This document shows, in pieces, positions 1-11,984 of a stretch of DNA of 64,000 nucleotides. The position numbers and the translations under genes were made by a program. Numbering within the stretch: position 1 is the first letter of the stretch; every line of letters starts with the position of its first letter. This DNA comes from Phallusia mammillata (Eukaryota): assembly GCA_965637545.1 (NCBI GenBank), contig OZ281499.1, positions 1,240,001-1,304,000 of the forward strand. Reading direction: 5' to 3'. Under the pieces are notes generated by a model that did no database searches, was not told where the DNA came from, and saw only the letters and a program-made list of their open reading frames with translations.

Positions 1-190
1 AACATGATGTGTTCATCACATTCTAAACGTATGAGTGCGCGAGTTTCGTGAGTTTTCGTGAGCCTAACATGGTGTTTTTATTACATTCTTAACGTATGAG
101 TGCGTGAGAGTTTCGTGAGTTTTCGTGAGCCTAACATGATGTTTTCACGTGTGAGTGCATGAGTTTCGAGAGTTTTCCCTAGCCTTACAA
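1..190. repeat. Degenerate minisatellite, about 3 copies of a ~65-bp unit
   Basis: Unit AACATGATGT...GTATGAGTGCG..GAGTTTCGTGAGTTTTCGTGAGCCT recurs at about 1, 67 and 133. Confidence 0.8.
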
Positions 191-397
191 AACACAAAAA
201 CATAATAAGTATGCTTTTGTCTCGTACACCTGCATGGCTGTTTACAACAGGTCATTGCAACATTTATTGCACATTATTGCATTTGACATGAAATTATTGC
301 GCAAATATGGCAGATTGCAAATTTGGTTTTAAATCGTAGCCGACCTAAACTTTCAACCCGAACCCGTCTTACAGTTTCAACCCGATGATCTTTGCAG

Positions 398-3300
398 ATT
401 CGGGAGGTTGCTTATCTACAGATGTGGAGCGATTCTTTCACTTGTCAGCGGAGTGGCTATCGGTTTCGCCCCAAACATCTACGTTTTCGCTTTCCTAAGA
501 TGTATGGTGGCTATTTCGTCGTGCGCAGCGGCCAAAGTTGCAGTTGTTTACGGTGAGAAATGTGTGGTGGTAGCATGGTGCCACATAGTTGTAAACGGAC
601 CTGAGATTGAAGCCTGAACCCAAAAATACAAGCCCGAAACCCGGCCTGAACCCGAATCGTTTCAAAAAAGCCAGTTTAGACCCGAAAGTTTTATGGACAC
701 GCCTATACATTGAAGCCTCAGAAAGACCCATACAACAAACACAATAGACAAATGGTCTTGAACACGGCGTTTTGGGCTTTTTGACATTAGGTCAGGTCCA
801 GCAACCAGCTTCTTAGCTAGTTAAATTTATTCAAAAAATATAATCTGACACGGCATTCCAGTTTGTTGGAGGGTAACAGGCTGAAAGTCCATACCTCCAT
901 CATTGGTCGAAACAGTGTGCACGGTCTACAGTTTACTTATCATTTATTGGCTTAATGCTTTTATATTAAAACTATTTATAATCATGAATTACGTTAATTG
1001 CAATGAGCGCCAGAGTCGTTACCGCGGTCAATTATTGTGCCCAAACCCAAAGTTAATTGCTGCCCTAATTAGGGCGGAAATCCAAATTTCCCATTAAACC
1101 AGTGGAGCGTATAATTAACGACTGGTTGTTTAATGACCGGAATTCTATATTCTATGCAGAGCTTTGCCATATGCACAAGATGTGCTGCAAGCTATTCGGC
1201 ATATTTGCCACTGTTTATACCATTATGAAGCATAGACTTCGGTCAAATGTCAATTGTCCAGTTTGTCGCCCAATGCACTCAATGCAAACACACGTTACAA
1301 TCACTTTTGTAGAGCTCTTCTTACAATTGTATCTCACATAAAAATGAATACCCTGCAATTAAAATACAATTGTCAGATGAGTTCTATATAGTTGATATTA
1401 TGCCTGGCAGCAACAGCTTAAAGAAACGTCAAAATATTTCAATAAATTTGTTTTTTATTGATTTAGTATTGGAAAGTAATTGATCTACCACGGTTTACTG
1501 TCTATAACGCAAGCCTTCAAAAAACAACATTGATTTGTTCGGATTGTTTAGCCCAAACGGGTCTGGACTAACCGAGTTTATTGTATTTTGGTTTTTGTGC
1601 AAGGTCAGCACTTTATTCATGTGACTCGGTGCCAATTCGAGCCAAGCTGATCTAATTTGTTAAAACTTAAGCCCCAAAAACCTGGTCTAACTCACAATTG
1701 TTTCTTTGCACAGTTGTTGAAATTTGTAACGAGCGTTGGAGATCGTTCGCTGGACTTTCATACACGATCGGTTTCGGCTTGGGATGCATGCTACTCAGTG
1801 TCTTTGCATACTTCATACGAGATTGGAGAACTTTGGAAATTGCTATCTCATCAACTTTCGCTGTATGCGTCGTTGTCAGCTTTTGCGTCGATAAATCACC
1901 AAGGTAAGTTACTGAGCCGACACCATTCTGGTTCCCAAACAATTTCTTGGCGATTGTGAAGCCGCTCTTCTATGGTTTATGTTCAGTTGTGGCATCGAAC
2001 AGACTAGGTTAGGCATGGCATTTTAAACTGTTATTTCCAACAAACTAAAGTATCGTTAGATGGCGGCATTAGCTTTTAATCATAGAGTTTGTATCTGCAC
2101 AAACAAGCCTGACTTACAAGTTTGTTATTGATTAATTTAGGTTCCTTTTTTGCTTAATGTGAAAACATAGGGACACAATAACACTAAAATAATCACCAAG
2201 TGGGAAATAGCAGCGCATAACGTTAAAACGTAATCGAGCGCAAAAGTGGAGGGGCACAATTGATGGACCATGGCTGAACGCGCTGATGCAACTTTAACAC
2301 AGTTGTAGGCCTTACCCTACATGTAATGAAACGGAACATAACGCCATATGCTTGTATTGCAGATGGGTGTACGTACAAGGAGATAGCAGAGAAGCGGAAA
2401 CAATATGTCGTCACATCGCACGACGAAACGGGATAGTTGTTTCGGATGAGGTGTGGGATCAGTTTGAAGGCGTGAAAGAGGATGAGAGCAAGGAAAAGAA
2501 GGTTGTGAACAATTTGCGGGCATTAATAATAATAATATAACAATGACGTACAAAAAAGAGTTTGCTTTGCCTTTTGGTCATGTTTGCTCCTATAACGAAG
2601 ATTTTATTGCTTGCTACTGTTTAAACAAATAAATCACTTCATTCATACGATTTCAATGGTAAAGTCTCCTTTTACCATTTATCATTTATTTCAGGTTGAG
2701 AGCAAAAACACATTGAAGGAAATGTTGATTCGACCCTTTACACGGCTTATGTTGCTCAACAACATGTTCGTGTGGATGACAACCAGGTAACACCACATTT
2801 TGTTGGGCAATTACTACGTTAAAATAGTTATAATTGTAGCATATTCATTGTTTTGTAAATTATTGTTACATTGGTGAAACTTTAATACTTTAGCAAAACT
2901 ATTTGCTGTTTGCCTGATGTAGATCGAAGATTGATGTGTGAGTTGGTACAAAAGTGTAGCAAGTAAAAATATTTATTATTTTCCCAAAAGCATGCCCGTG
3001 TCATTTAACATAAAGTGATCGATCATGTATACCCTTGGGCACGGACTTTATTCTCTAAGAACTTATAAGTTATCCGATCATCAGCTTGTAGGTTAAGCAT
3101 CTGCACTCTATACTTGCGAGCTCATTATTCCTTGTTTCGATGTTTCGACATTTGTCTGTGTCATTTAAGGTAGTGGTCGGCAACCGCCGGTACGCGGCCC
3201 GGTACCGGTCAGCGAGGAGTTCGTTACCGGGCCGTATAATTTTTCAAGTTGAATGCTATAAAACATTTTGCCCATGTATCCCGGGGATAATAATCTAATT

Positions 3301-6300
3301 TAAGCGTTTTTATTGCTAAATATTTGTAGTTTTTTGAAGACCGGTCCGCGATAAAATTTTAGTTTCAAAACCGGTCCGCAGTGCAAAAAAGGTTGCCGAC
3401 CCCTGATTTAAGGTGAAGTGACACATCATGTATACCTTCTCCATAATCGGTTTACGGAGTTCATTCAGTTTCTAACAACTGATCAAATCATTTCACTATC
3501 AGCTTATAGATTAAGCCAGTGGTTTTCAACTGGTGTTCCGCGGAACACGAGTGCTCCGTGAAAGGTTGTCAGGTGTTCCGCAAGAAATTTAGTAGTTTAA
3601 CTGTTCACTAGTCCATGGAACACCTGTCGAAATTCATTGGTCGTACACAGATTTCCTAAGGAAGTAATTGTTTACTTTGACCAATTTGTATGTCCCATCG
3701 CGATTTGCTTCGTTGCGTAATAGTTAGACTTGTTGTGTAATAATAAGATTGTAGTTGCGTTGGTGTTCCACAAGATTGTTTGATGCATGAAGTGTTCCGC
3801 AGCTCAAAAAAGGTTGAAAAACACTGGATTAAGCAATGCGCTGTATATACTCACAAATTTATTATTTCTTGTTATTTCTCAGCTTGGTGTATTATGGTCT
3901 GACGCTCAACAGTGGAGCTCTAGCTGGTAACATCTTCATCAACAACGCAGCAGGAGGATTGATGGAGCTTATGGCTGCGTTGGTTAGCGGACCAGCCATC
4001 GCGAAGTTCGGATGCAGGAACTCTGTCATATTTTACGAGTTTCTTGCCAGCTTCTCTTGCTTAGTATCAACTATTGCCATCCAGTTTGCTAACTCAAACA
4101 AGGGTAAGTGGTTGAGTTGAGTTTATTTCGCTTGGTGAAAGACAGCATAGCGACACAATTGCACTGAAACAATCACCAAGCCGAAAATAGCTGCGCAACA
4201 TTGAAACGTTATGGGGCACAAAAACAACTGGTGGATAATTGCTGAACGCGCTGCTGCTCCACCTTATTATAAAACGTTATGTGATAGGAGCTTATGGGAG
4301 AGTGAGTTAGGCGCAATGTCAGCAAACTCCAAAAAAACTTGGTGGGATCAGTCCAGGGGCCCCATAAGTACTTTTTAGTGTGACCTGATGTTTAATTAAA
4401 AAACGCTCTTTCATATAATTTAAACTGACAGCCAGTCCGACTATACTAAGTTGTGAGCTGAGTTGCAATCCCGAATGTGCGCGGGTCCAAATCTCACCGC
4501 AGATTTTTTTGCTTTATGGAAAAGCACAGGGTAATGCTTTTGCGGCTAAACTTTTTCTGTCAAAACGGCCAATCTAATGCACATCTTGCATATACCGTTC
4601 ATAAGAATCTCTTTATAAAATCATACAGTAGGTCAGGCTTACGAAAGGCGTGATACCAAATCAAGCCGTGCTTCTAATAAATTGGATGCAAGACTATCTT
4701 GTTATAAGCGTTTTGCATGTTGTAAGCATCATATGTGTCGTACCGTTAGGAAGTATGAACGTTTTGAGCCTCTGTGATATTGATATCAACTCATTTACAC
4801 TGCAACTTATATACGCTCACCCAGTTCTAGTTTGGTCCACAATATATTCCCAATTCAAAAATCTATACATGTTGACAAACTATCACGGCACATTAGTTGT
4901 AAATTGTTTCAAAACATTAACAGATTTTTTTTGGTCAGTATGAACGTTTGAGCCTCTGTGTAATTCATACAAACTCATTTACACTCTTTGCAATTGACAT
5001 GCACTAACGGAGTTCTAGTAAGGTCCACAATATATTACAGAGTCTAAATCCTGTACATGTTGGCCAAATGTTACGGCACATCACTTGTAAAAAATAGTTT
5101 CAAAACAACAAAAGATTTTAAAATATGTTTTTCTTTTTGCAGCTGTCGAGACACTAGGTGTCGTACTTGCGATGATTGGACGATTTGGGATTAGTGCGGC
5201 GTGGGCGGTTATGTACCTTCACACTCCTGCTCTCTTTGCTACTCCTGGAAGGTGAGAACCATTGTATAGTGAACATGATGTGCAACTGTGTAGTATGGAT
5301 ATTGCAATATCACGAATTTAGAGAAACTCAGTATGAGCGGAGGGGACAACAGTCGCAACTTTTGTTGACTGTAAACTTTGATCAGTCTGAAATCATTGAC
5401 CGTTTTTACTATTATTAGGATAGATAGATTTTATCTGATTATTAGACACCTTCTATATCGGAAAATAACAAACAGTTATAAACACAAGGTCAAGCGTACA
5501 CCAGTGAAGTAAGAAGGCTGTAAATATGATGCTGAGCAGAGCAGCTCTAGCAAAGATAATGGTAACGAAACAGTTAGTTAAATGATGTGATCCCTAAAGT
5601 TTGGGCTATGAAGGATTTTCCATATTACCATGAACGGTGCGCCCTTAAATTTTTCTTCAGATAGTTGCACTCTGTAGTTAAAACAATTTGGGAAACACTG
5701 TGTTGAACAAATCCTACTGTGGCCAATCCAGAAAAATGTAAATATGACTTCTATCACCTGCCAGTTCTGGTCGATTGGTCATTGTAAGACCCTGATATAA
5801 CTCATGGTTCTTCAATTTCAGATCGTCAGCGCTTGGAGCGTCGTCAATGGCATCTCGGGTTGGAAGCATCATAACCCCATTCACCCTTCAACTCCAGTAT
5901 AACATACCTTGGTTGACTCAGGTACCTTACAATGTTACTTCTGCTATTTTGATCGCAATTAGAGGCAAATTAACATTTAATACAAATTAACTCGAAGCAT
6001 GTCGCCAGTCAAAATTATATTCCTATCAAAAGTTAAAAAGTGTCAAAGAGCATACTTTGTGACATTCATACAACAGACACTGATCTTATAACCCTTTATT
6101 TTGATCCAACCTCCAATACCAATCCTAACTGCCTGAATTGTGCAGAAATTGTATATTTTTTTGGGGGGAATTCTGAAATCTGGCCCTCAAAGCTAAAAAA
6201 ATTATGAATGTGCATTACTTTCTGACCAATCAGTTTAAAAGCCTTTAGGCCGTCTGTCAGACTTAACAACTTGGCACTAACGTGAAAGATTTTGAGCCTA

Positions 6301-6891
6301 AAACTGCGTCAAATGGTGGACACGCGACATTTATATGAAACAATAACTTGTGATGATTTCGTTTCCTTCAGACTGTGTTCGGGATTGGAGCTTTCATTGT
6401 AGCTTGCCTTTGCACTCTATACCCGGAAACTCACGGCAGACCAATGATGTCATCGTATGACGAAGCAGAAATGAGATTCAAACGCCACGTCACTCAAACT
6501 CGTCTGTATCGAATTGTGTGTTGCTTCAGAAGCAGGTAAAGTACAAAACTGTTAGGTCTGTGGTCAGTGGTTGGATTCATTTTTTTTGTCAGGCGGTTCT
6601 TTCACAAAAGTCATATTTTTCTGCCGGGTTTGTTACAAAAAGTCCATTGACAGTAACCAGTAATGCTAACCGGTTCGTTGGTCTCATAAAATTTCGTGAC
6701 ACGGTTCTATAGAACCGGTGCGAACCGGCTGAATCCCAACACTGTCTGTGGTTCAGTAAAAAGAAGAATCACAGAAATATACTATTGTGTGCTTGGCTGC
6801 TTTGTTTAAGCTAATGTGTTTTATGCGTTCTAGACCCATTGAAGAAGATTACAATGCCAGAGAATTTGAGACGATGGAAAAAGTTGCATAA
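398..6891 (+). CDS. SLC22A: SLC22-family (organic cation/anion, MFS) transporter, 3' nine coding exons; the 5' exons lie upstream of the window
   Basis: GT-AG exons 398-552, 1714-1903, 2363-2501, 2695-2786, 3883-4103, 5143-5251, 5822-5921, 6372-6535, 6834-6891 join in frame. They read RFGRLLIY...VEICNERWRS...DKSPRW...SLVYYGLTLNSGALAGNIFIN...LFATPGRSSALG..SRVGSIITP...YPETHG...EKVA*. These are SLC22 signature motifs with matching exon phases. The donor at 2501 (GTTGTG) is weak. Confidence 0.93.
3171..3405. mobile_element. hAT-type MITE (235 bp) in an SLC22 intron
   Basis: TIRs TAGTGGTCGGCAACC / GGTTGCCGACCCCTG; perfect 8-bp TSD ATTTAAGG at 3163-3170 and 3406-3413. Confidence 0.9.
3517..3826. 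mobile_element. hAT/Charlie-type MITE (310 bp)
   Basis: TIRs CAGTGGTTTTCAAC / GTTGAAAAACACTG; perfect 8-bp TSD GATTAAGC at 3509-3516 and 3827-3834. Confidence 0.9.
4753..5120. repeat. Diverged ~185-bp tandem duplication in an SLC22 intron
   Basis: GTATGAACGTTT(T)GAGCCTCTGTG...CTCATTTACACT...GGTCCACAATATATT...TTTCAAAACA occurs twice, from about 4753 and 4938. Confidence 0.8.
6565..6744. mobile_element. hAT MITE family with CAGTGGTGGGATTC termini (~180 bp), copy 1
   Basis: TIRs CAGTGGTTGGATTC / GAATCCCAACACTG; perfect TSD TCTGTGGT; related copies at 25052-25231, 42593-42775 and 58686-58808. Confidence 0.9.
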
Positions 6892-8288
6892 AATGATATA
6901 ACCGTTATTGCATTGCCTCAAGCTCCAAGAAGAATTACAAAGTTCATTACTTCAGATATCAATCACTTTAAATTCTTTACCTGACGTATAATTGCAGTTT
7001 GCGCCGAACTTCAGTGGTAATAAATGTTTTAACAAGAAAACGTAGTTGCCCAAACTTTTTATATTTGTGGTCCATCAACACGTGCCCCCACGGTTCACAG
7101 TACATTTTACAGACGAAAAAACACCAAAGTTGCTTTAGGGTCAGCCTTATAACCAAACATTCCGTTTTGGTCGGAACTTTTAAAGCGAGTTCGACGCATC
7201 ATTAGCCATACCTCCACTAAATGTTGGTGCAATGAGTTCTTGTGTTTTGCACTATAGACGTGTACAAGAGATTGTAAAAGCTGTACTCCATTGGAACGTT
7301 GATTTGAGTTAAATTTATTTTGCTTGGTCAAATTTTCTTGTAGAAAATCCATTACCAAGAAAGAAATAGCTGTGCAGCTGTATACGACGCACCTAAGTGT
7401 GTGGGCGCGCGTGTTTCCCGCAATGAATAACAAGCCTTGGACTGACTCTTTACTTGGCTGAGATTCCTGGGCTATGTTATTCTTTGCTTGGATTAAAATT
7501 GTTTTTTCTGTTTCTCATGGTTCGCATCGATCGTTTGCAGTTGCAAGTAAAGTCCATTGTCACGATTCTTAACGCTTGATTGCTGCATAGAGCCGACATG
7601 ATCCAAAAAAGAACGGTGCATTTATTGTATTTTATCCTGGATACGCAACGCATAAAATCTCCTCTATCTCAAGGGATAGAAAAGATAAAAAAAAATGAAC
7701 GATAAGTCGTTGACTTTTAAACCAATACTCTTTGTGCTTGCGGTCGTTGGAAAACATTGCTTTCTTTTACATCAATTATTAGTTTTTTTAAGTTTAAAGC
7801 TCACAAACTACGAAGCACAAAATTTCTGCACCGTTGTATGCACCAGGAAACCGGTAACATGTAACAGTGTGGGAACAATGACACTGAATATGTGCTTCCA
7901 ATAGATACTGAATCATGAGAACACATGGAATAGTAAAGTTACACCGCCCAATGTCATATGTTGCAAACAACACTTCATTGTTATGGGGACAAAAGTCATG
8001 CTAGCAAAGTTAAAATGCTCTTTTAGTTTATATTCAGCCAAACTAATGTGCCAAAACGGTGGTTTGAAAGCAGTTACGTAAAGATCAGTTGGTGGAAAAA
8101 AGTAAACGCACTAAAGTTACATCGTACAAATTAGTAAACTTTTGTACAACTGGTTTAGCGTATTAGCAAATTTTGTAACAGGTAGTGTTTGTAAATAGTT
8201 GTAGGGAAGTATCAACAAAATCAAACTGAATGTTTAAACTGTTTCATGAAAAAACAGGTACAAACCATAAATCCTTTGTTTAACTCAA

Positions 8289-8858
8289 CAGAAATATGTA
8301 TTTTTAACAAAAATGTCGTTCAACTGGTGTTAATGTTAAACAAAAATACTAGTTGTTTCTATCCATAACTTGTATTTTCGCTGACGTTTCGTCCACCAGA
8401 ACGGTAGGACTTCTTCAGAGCAATGAATGTAGAAGAGATTATAATGAAGCGAGTCTACCAGCGGTCAGAAGGCTCAATCGCTCCTAGGGGACAGCTCGAT
8501 GTACCAACGGTTTGAAAAGGAATCCACCCAAGACGCCCGACCAATCCATCAAATTTCGGACATTAATGCCGCTTCATCGTTTGGCAACGGACGCTACTCT
8601 TTTCGGATGGCCTTTGTTATAATATAATTATTTTTCATTGTATCACGCTGTTCTTGCGCCTTTCGCTTGTTGCTTGCATTCGTCATTCATTGCTCTGAAG
8701 AAGTCCTACCGTTCTGGTGGACGAAACGTCAGCGAAAATACAAGTTATGGATAGAAACAACTAGTATTTTTGTTTAACATTAACACCAGTTGAACGACAT
8801 TTTTGTTAAATATGCAACCTGGTGGACGAAAACGCCTGTACAGCAGAAATATGTATTT
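8289..8858. mobile_element. Penelope-like element remnant: perfect 127-bp inverted arms, each with a minimal type I hammerhead ribozyme
   Basis: Arms 8303-8429 and 8684-8810 are exact reverse complements. The 15-bp direct repeat CAGAAATATGTATTT flanks the insert (8289-8303, 8844-8858). The paralogous region near 19590 lacks the insert. Arms contain CTGAAGA-A-GTCC..GGAC-GAAAC-GTC. Confidence 0.75.
8690..8735 (+). ncRNA. Minimal type I hammerhead ribozyme (mirror copy on the minus strand at 8378-8423)
   Basis: Stem I TTGCT/AGCGA; core CTGAAGA 8695-8701; stem II GTCC.ACC..GGT.GGAC; GAAA 8723-8726; self-complementary ACGT helix III; GUC cleavage triplet 8728-8730. Confidence 0.75.
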
Positions 8859-9028
8859 CACCTTATATATCCAGGCATCATCAGTTTTTTAAAAAGCAAA
8901 CAAGTAGACGGTCAAAAAATGGTTTAAAGTTTCAGTTTTTTTTACATTCTATTGTCTGCGGGAGATTTCTTACACAGCTAAATTGTTTTAGCAAAATAAA
9001 AATGGGATCAAGATCTTCAACTCTTTGT

Positions 9029-11488
9029 TTAGTGTTCACATTTGATATAATACAACAAGCCTTGTTCGTTGCAGGGTGTTGGGTAACCTTGGCCGTTTTT
9101 AATGAGATTGGCCAATGCATGTTCTTTGGAGGTGCTGCTCGATGGCAAATATTTACACGTGTGTGTTTCTCGTGTGTTGATATCTGTGCAAGTTCCGTGA
9201 TAAACCCATTTGGATTTGAAACCTCTCCATCTCCATCTGCCTTTGCTAATGCATTCGATTTCATGTGATCCGTAATAAATCTGAAAACACAAAACAAAGT
9301 AGAATTGCCTGATTATATTTGTTATTGTTTTTGTTGTCATTTGTTTTAGTAGTTCATTCTATGTTCTTAACGTTAATTTAGTATTGTAACATATCTGGCT
9401 AGATGGCCCAATAAGTAACACAATGTTTCATGAAAGACAAAAACCTAGTTTTCTGTTCAAGAATAAGATTTCTAAACTGCTATGGTCAATTTTGTTTGCA
9501 AAATTTTACCTACTTTTTCTGACAAATCAGTGTAAGTGACGAGTTTGTTCCAGTCAATAGTTCGACATTCCGGTCCTGCAGTGCAAGGTGGACATTCACA
9601 AACCGGAAGTTTATCTGACCACTGCTTCGATGCCAGACACGTCACTTTGGCAGGTCCCTAAGAAAAAGTTGAATAAATTTACTGATGTGCAAGTGGTTCT
9701 TAAAACTTCAAATCTCCTAATACGGTCTAAATATTAAATATCGAAAATAGGCAATCTAAGTTTGTTCACACAAAAGTTTTGTTAAACCTGAACCGTTGCC
9801 AAGTGATAGAGCTATTGGTTATGTGTATACGTCTTGCTGCGCAAATTCGTAAGTCCAAAACTGAACTAATACATGTAGTGAAGTAAAGCACATACTTTAA
9901 AACAAATTGAACTAAAAATGTAAGACCCAAATGGATTTAAATGATAACCCACTCTAGGACAGTGACCTAGTGATTGGGCACTTTGCTGCAATGAGTGAAA
10001 AATGTTGAAAGTTGCTGTAGGCTACAGTCGGCGAATAAGGTTGTAGTACAGAATTGTAGTTTTGGCTTCACACTTCTAAAATACACTGACCTACTGACAT
10101 ATATAGCGTTTAAATTTCACTTTTACCTGCGTAAGTTTTCCTTTGAAACAAGAAAAAGTACAGTTGGATCCGATTTTATTTTGATTTGTGCAATAAACTT
10201 CTCTATTGGGAATTTGCTTTATGGAAGCACATTCTGCAAAACAAAATTGTTTTGGTGAAACGGGTTTTGGTAAATGTTAGGCTTTTTAAATGGTAAACGC
10301 TTACCACCGGTTTCATTTTGTTTCATCCTCGTCAAAACTACTGCGAGAATTATACCAATAATTGCGACCACCACCACTGCCACTGAGCCCACAATAATAC
10401 GGCACTTTCTTTTTGCTGCTTTGGGTGACTCTGAAACACATTATAACTTTGAGACAACACTATCCGACGTATTTAAACTAAAAATTAAAAATGGCAGAAA
10501 AATATTGCAATTTTACTTTTTTATTTAATTCAGCTATTTTTTCATCTTTGCATTTATCAAGAAATGTCGGCGAGACAACGCAACATCGAGTCCGTAACGT
10601 TAAAAGTTAGTTGGTAATTATTCAGTTAACATGACAAATAACCAAAATGTGGTTTACCATGCTGAATATTGACATCTCCACCAGCGGTGTTATATGACAT
10701 GTCATTAATAATTGGATCCTTATAATTTGAAACCCATGTGGTCGATTCGTTTGCACCTGTGGACAAATTAATATTTAATTATGCAGTGATGTTTTGTTTC
10801 GTCGTTGTTTCAATATTGCAGAAATATTTTGATTAAAAATATTCAACTGGTTTGCTGTTCACCTTTTTGGGTCATTTATCAAAGCATTTTGCTGATACAA
10901 CGCAATAACAAGTTAGATATCTAACGGTTATTTCTGATTGTACATCAAAATATGTCAGATCACCAAAACATATGTTTTTGTTTACCATAATTGTTGACAT
11001 CTCCACCATTGCCGTAAACTGACGTTCTGCCCTTAAATTTTGAATGGGTTAAATTCGAAACTGCTGATGCTTTAGGCACCAATGTGGTCGGCTCACTCGA
11101 GCCTGTGAAAAAAAACTCCAATCAGAAATGTTATATTTCGGCATTGTTATAATATCGGCCTTCGATCTCGTTTCCATTTTTCGCTATCTAACACCTTCTA
11201 CCTATTTGTACTATTACCTCATCATAAGCTTGTTTGCTGTATATTGACATGCGATGTAAAGAATATGTTCACTAAGAGCCTAAAAAGGGAGCTTTAAAGC
11301 CAATATTAAAACACCGACCCTATTTTCAAACCAAGCCCAGCCAAGCAGTAGTAGCTCAGACAGTCAAGGACGTAAAGTGTAAAATATATTTAGCAAAAGA
11401 TAGCTCTACAGTAATAAGTACGACGTTAACCCAATACCTACTCGTACAATTTGAAATACTTACTCGTATTTGAAGCACCATCAGCCAT
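9029..11488 (-). CDS. Array copy 1: type II membrane protein (tail motifs x2 - TM - Sushi - Cys-rich ALF-like domain), 289 aa, intact
   Basis: Exons (minus) 11488-11464, 11102-10986, 10756-10658, 10430-10305, 10233-10127, 9657-9514, 9280-9029; all GT-AG, phases compatible, total 870 nt. Protein: MADGASNT..VYGNGGDVNNY..YNTAGGDVNIQH..KRKCRIIVGSVAVVVVAIIGIILAVVL..ECASIKQIPNREVYC..GSNCTFSCFKG..GPAKVTC..QWSDKLPVCEC..CISKGRWRWRGFKSKWVYHGTC..IKCEH*. Confidence 0.9.
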
Positions 11489-11984
11489 GATTATCAACCT
11501 GAACTAACATTGAGTTCACACTTGCATGAAACTGACAGCCTAAATTTGCACAAAGCACAGAAAAAAAGCAAAATATTGGCTCTGTTATGGGTAGTAAAAA
11601 CTAAAAACGCACAGAAAACTACTAAGTTGCACATCTGCTATATAAGACTTTTTCTTTCTCGTTTACACTCTTTGATTTCGAAAATAAAATTTCTTGTCAA
11701 AGTTTTTAACACACTAAAATCACACATCTTTGAACATTTATTTCTACCTATATTTGCCCGTTAAAGCTGGACGTAAATAAGAATTTAAATAGCATTAGGG
11801 CAGTTGATGCAAATCCTACAAAGCGAATACACTTAATAGTAAAACGTCATTTTTCTATTTCTACGTCGACTACTTGATGCATTACGGACTGCACATCATT
11901 ATCATAATCATTAGTGCTGTGGTCATAATGATTCTTGTGATGTTCGTTTATTTTAATCGGAAATGATGACGCGTCAAACACGCT

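Noticed and set aside
1-190. Possible CRISPR-like repeat
   Set aside because: There are no unique spacers; it is a degenerate tandem minisatellite in an intron-bearing eukaryotic gene.
8822-9297. ORFs 8822-9268 (+) and 8932-9297 (-), and analogous ORFs at 19722-19952, 20191-20511, 25350-25595 and 28004-28258
   Set aside because: They are antisense or alternative frames of the array's real exons and have no independent splice or homology support.
9531-9537. GTAAGT donor-like motif on the plus strand repeated in every array copy
   Set aside because: It is simply the antisense of the conserved codons for V-T-Y-T in exon 6.
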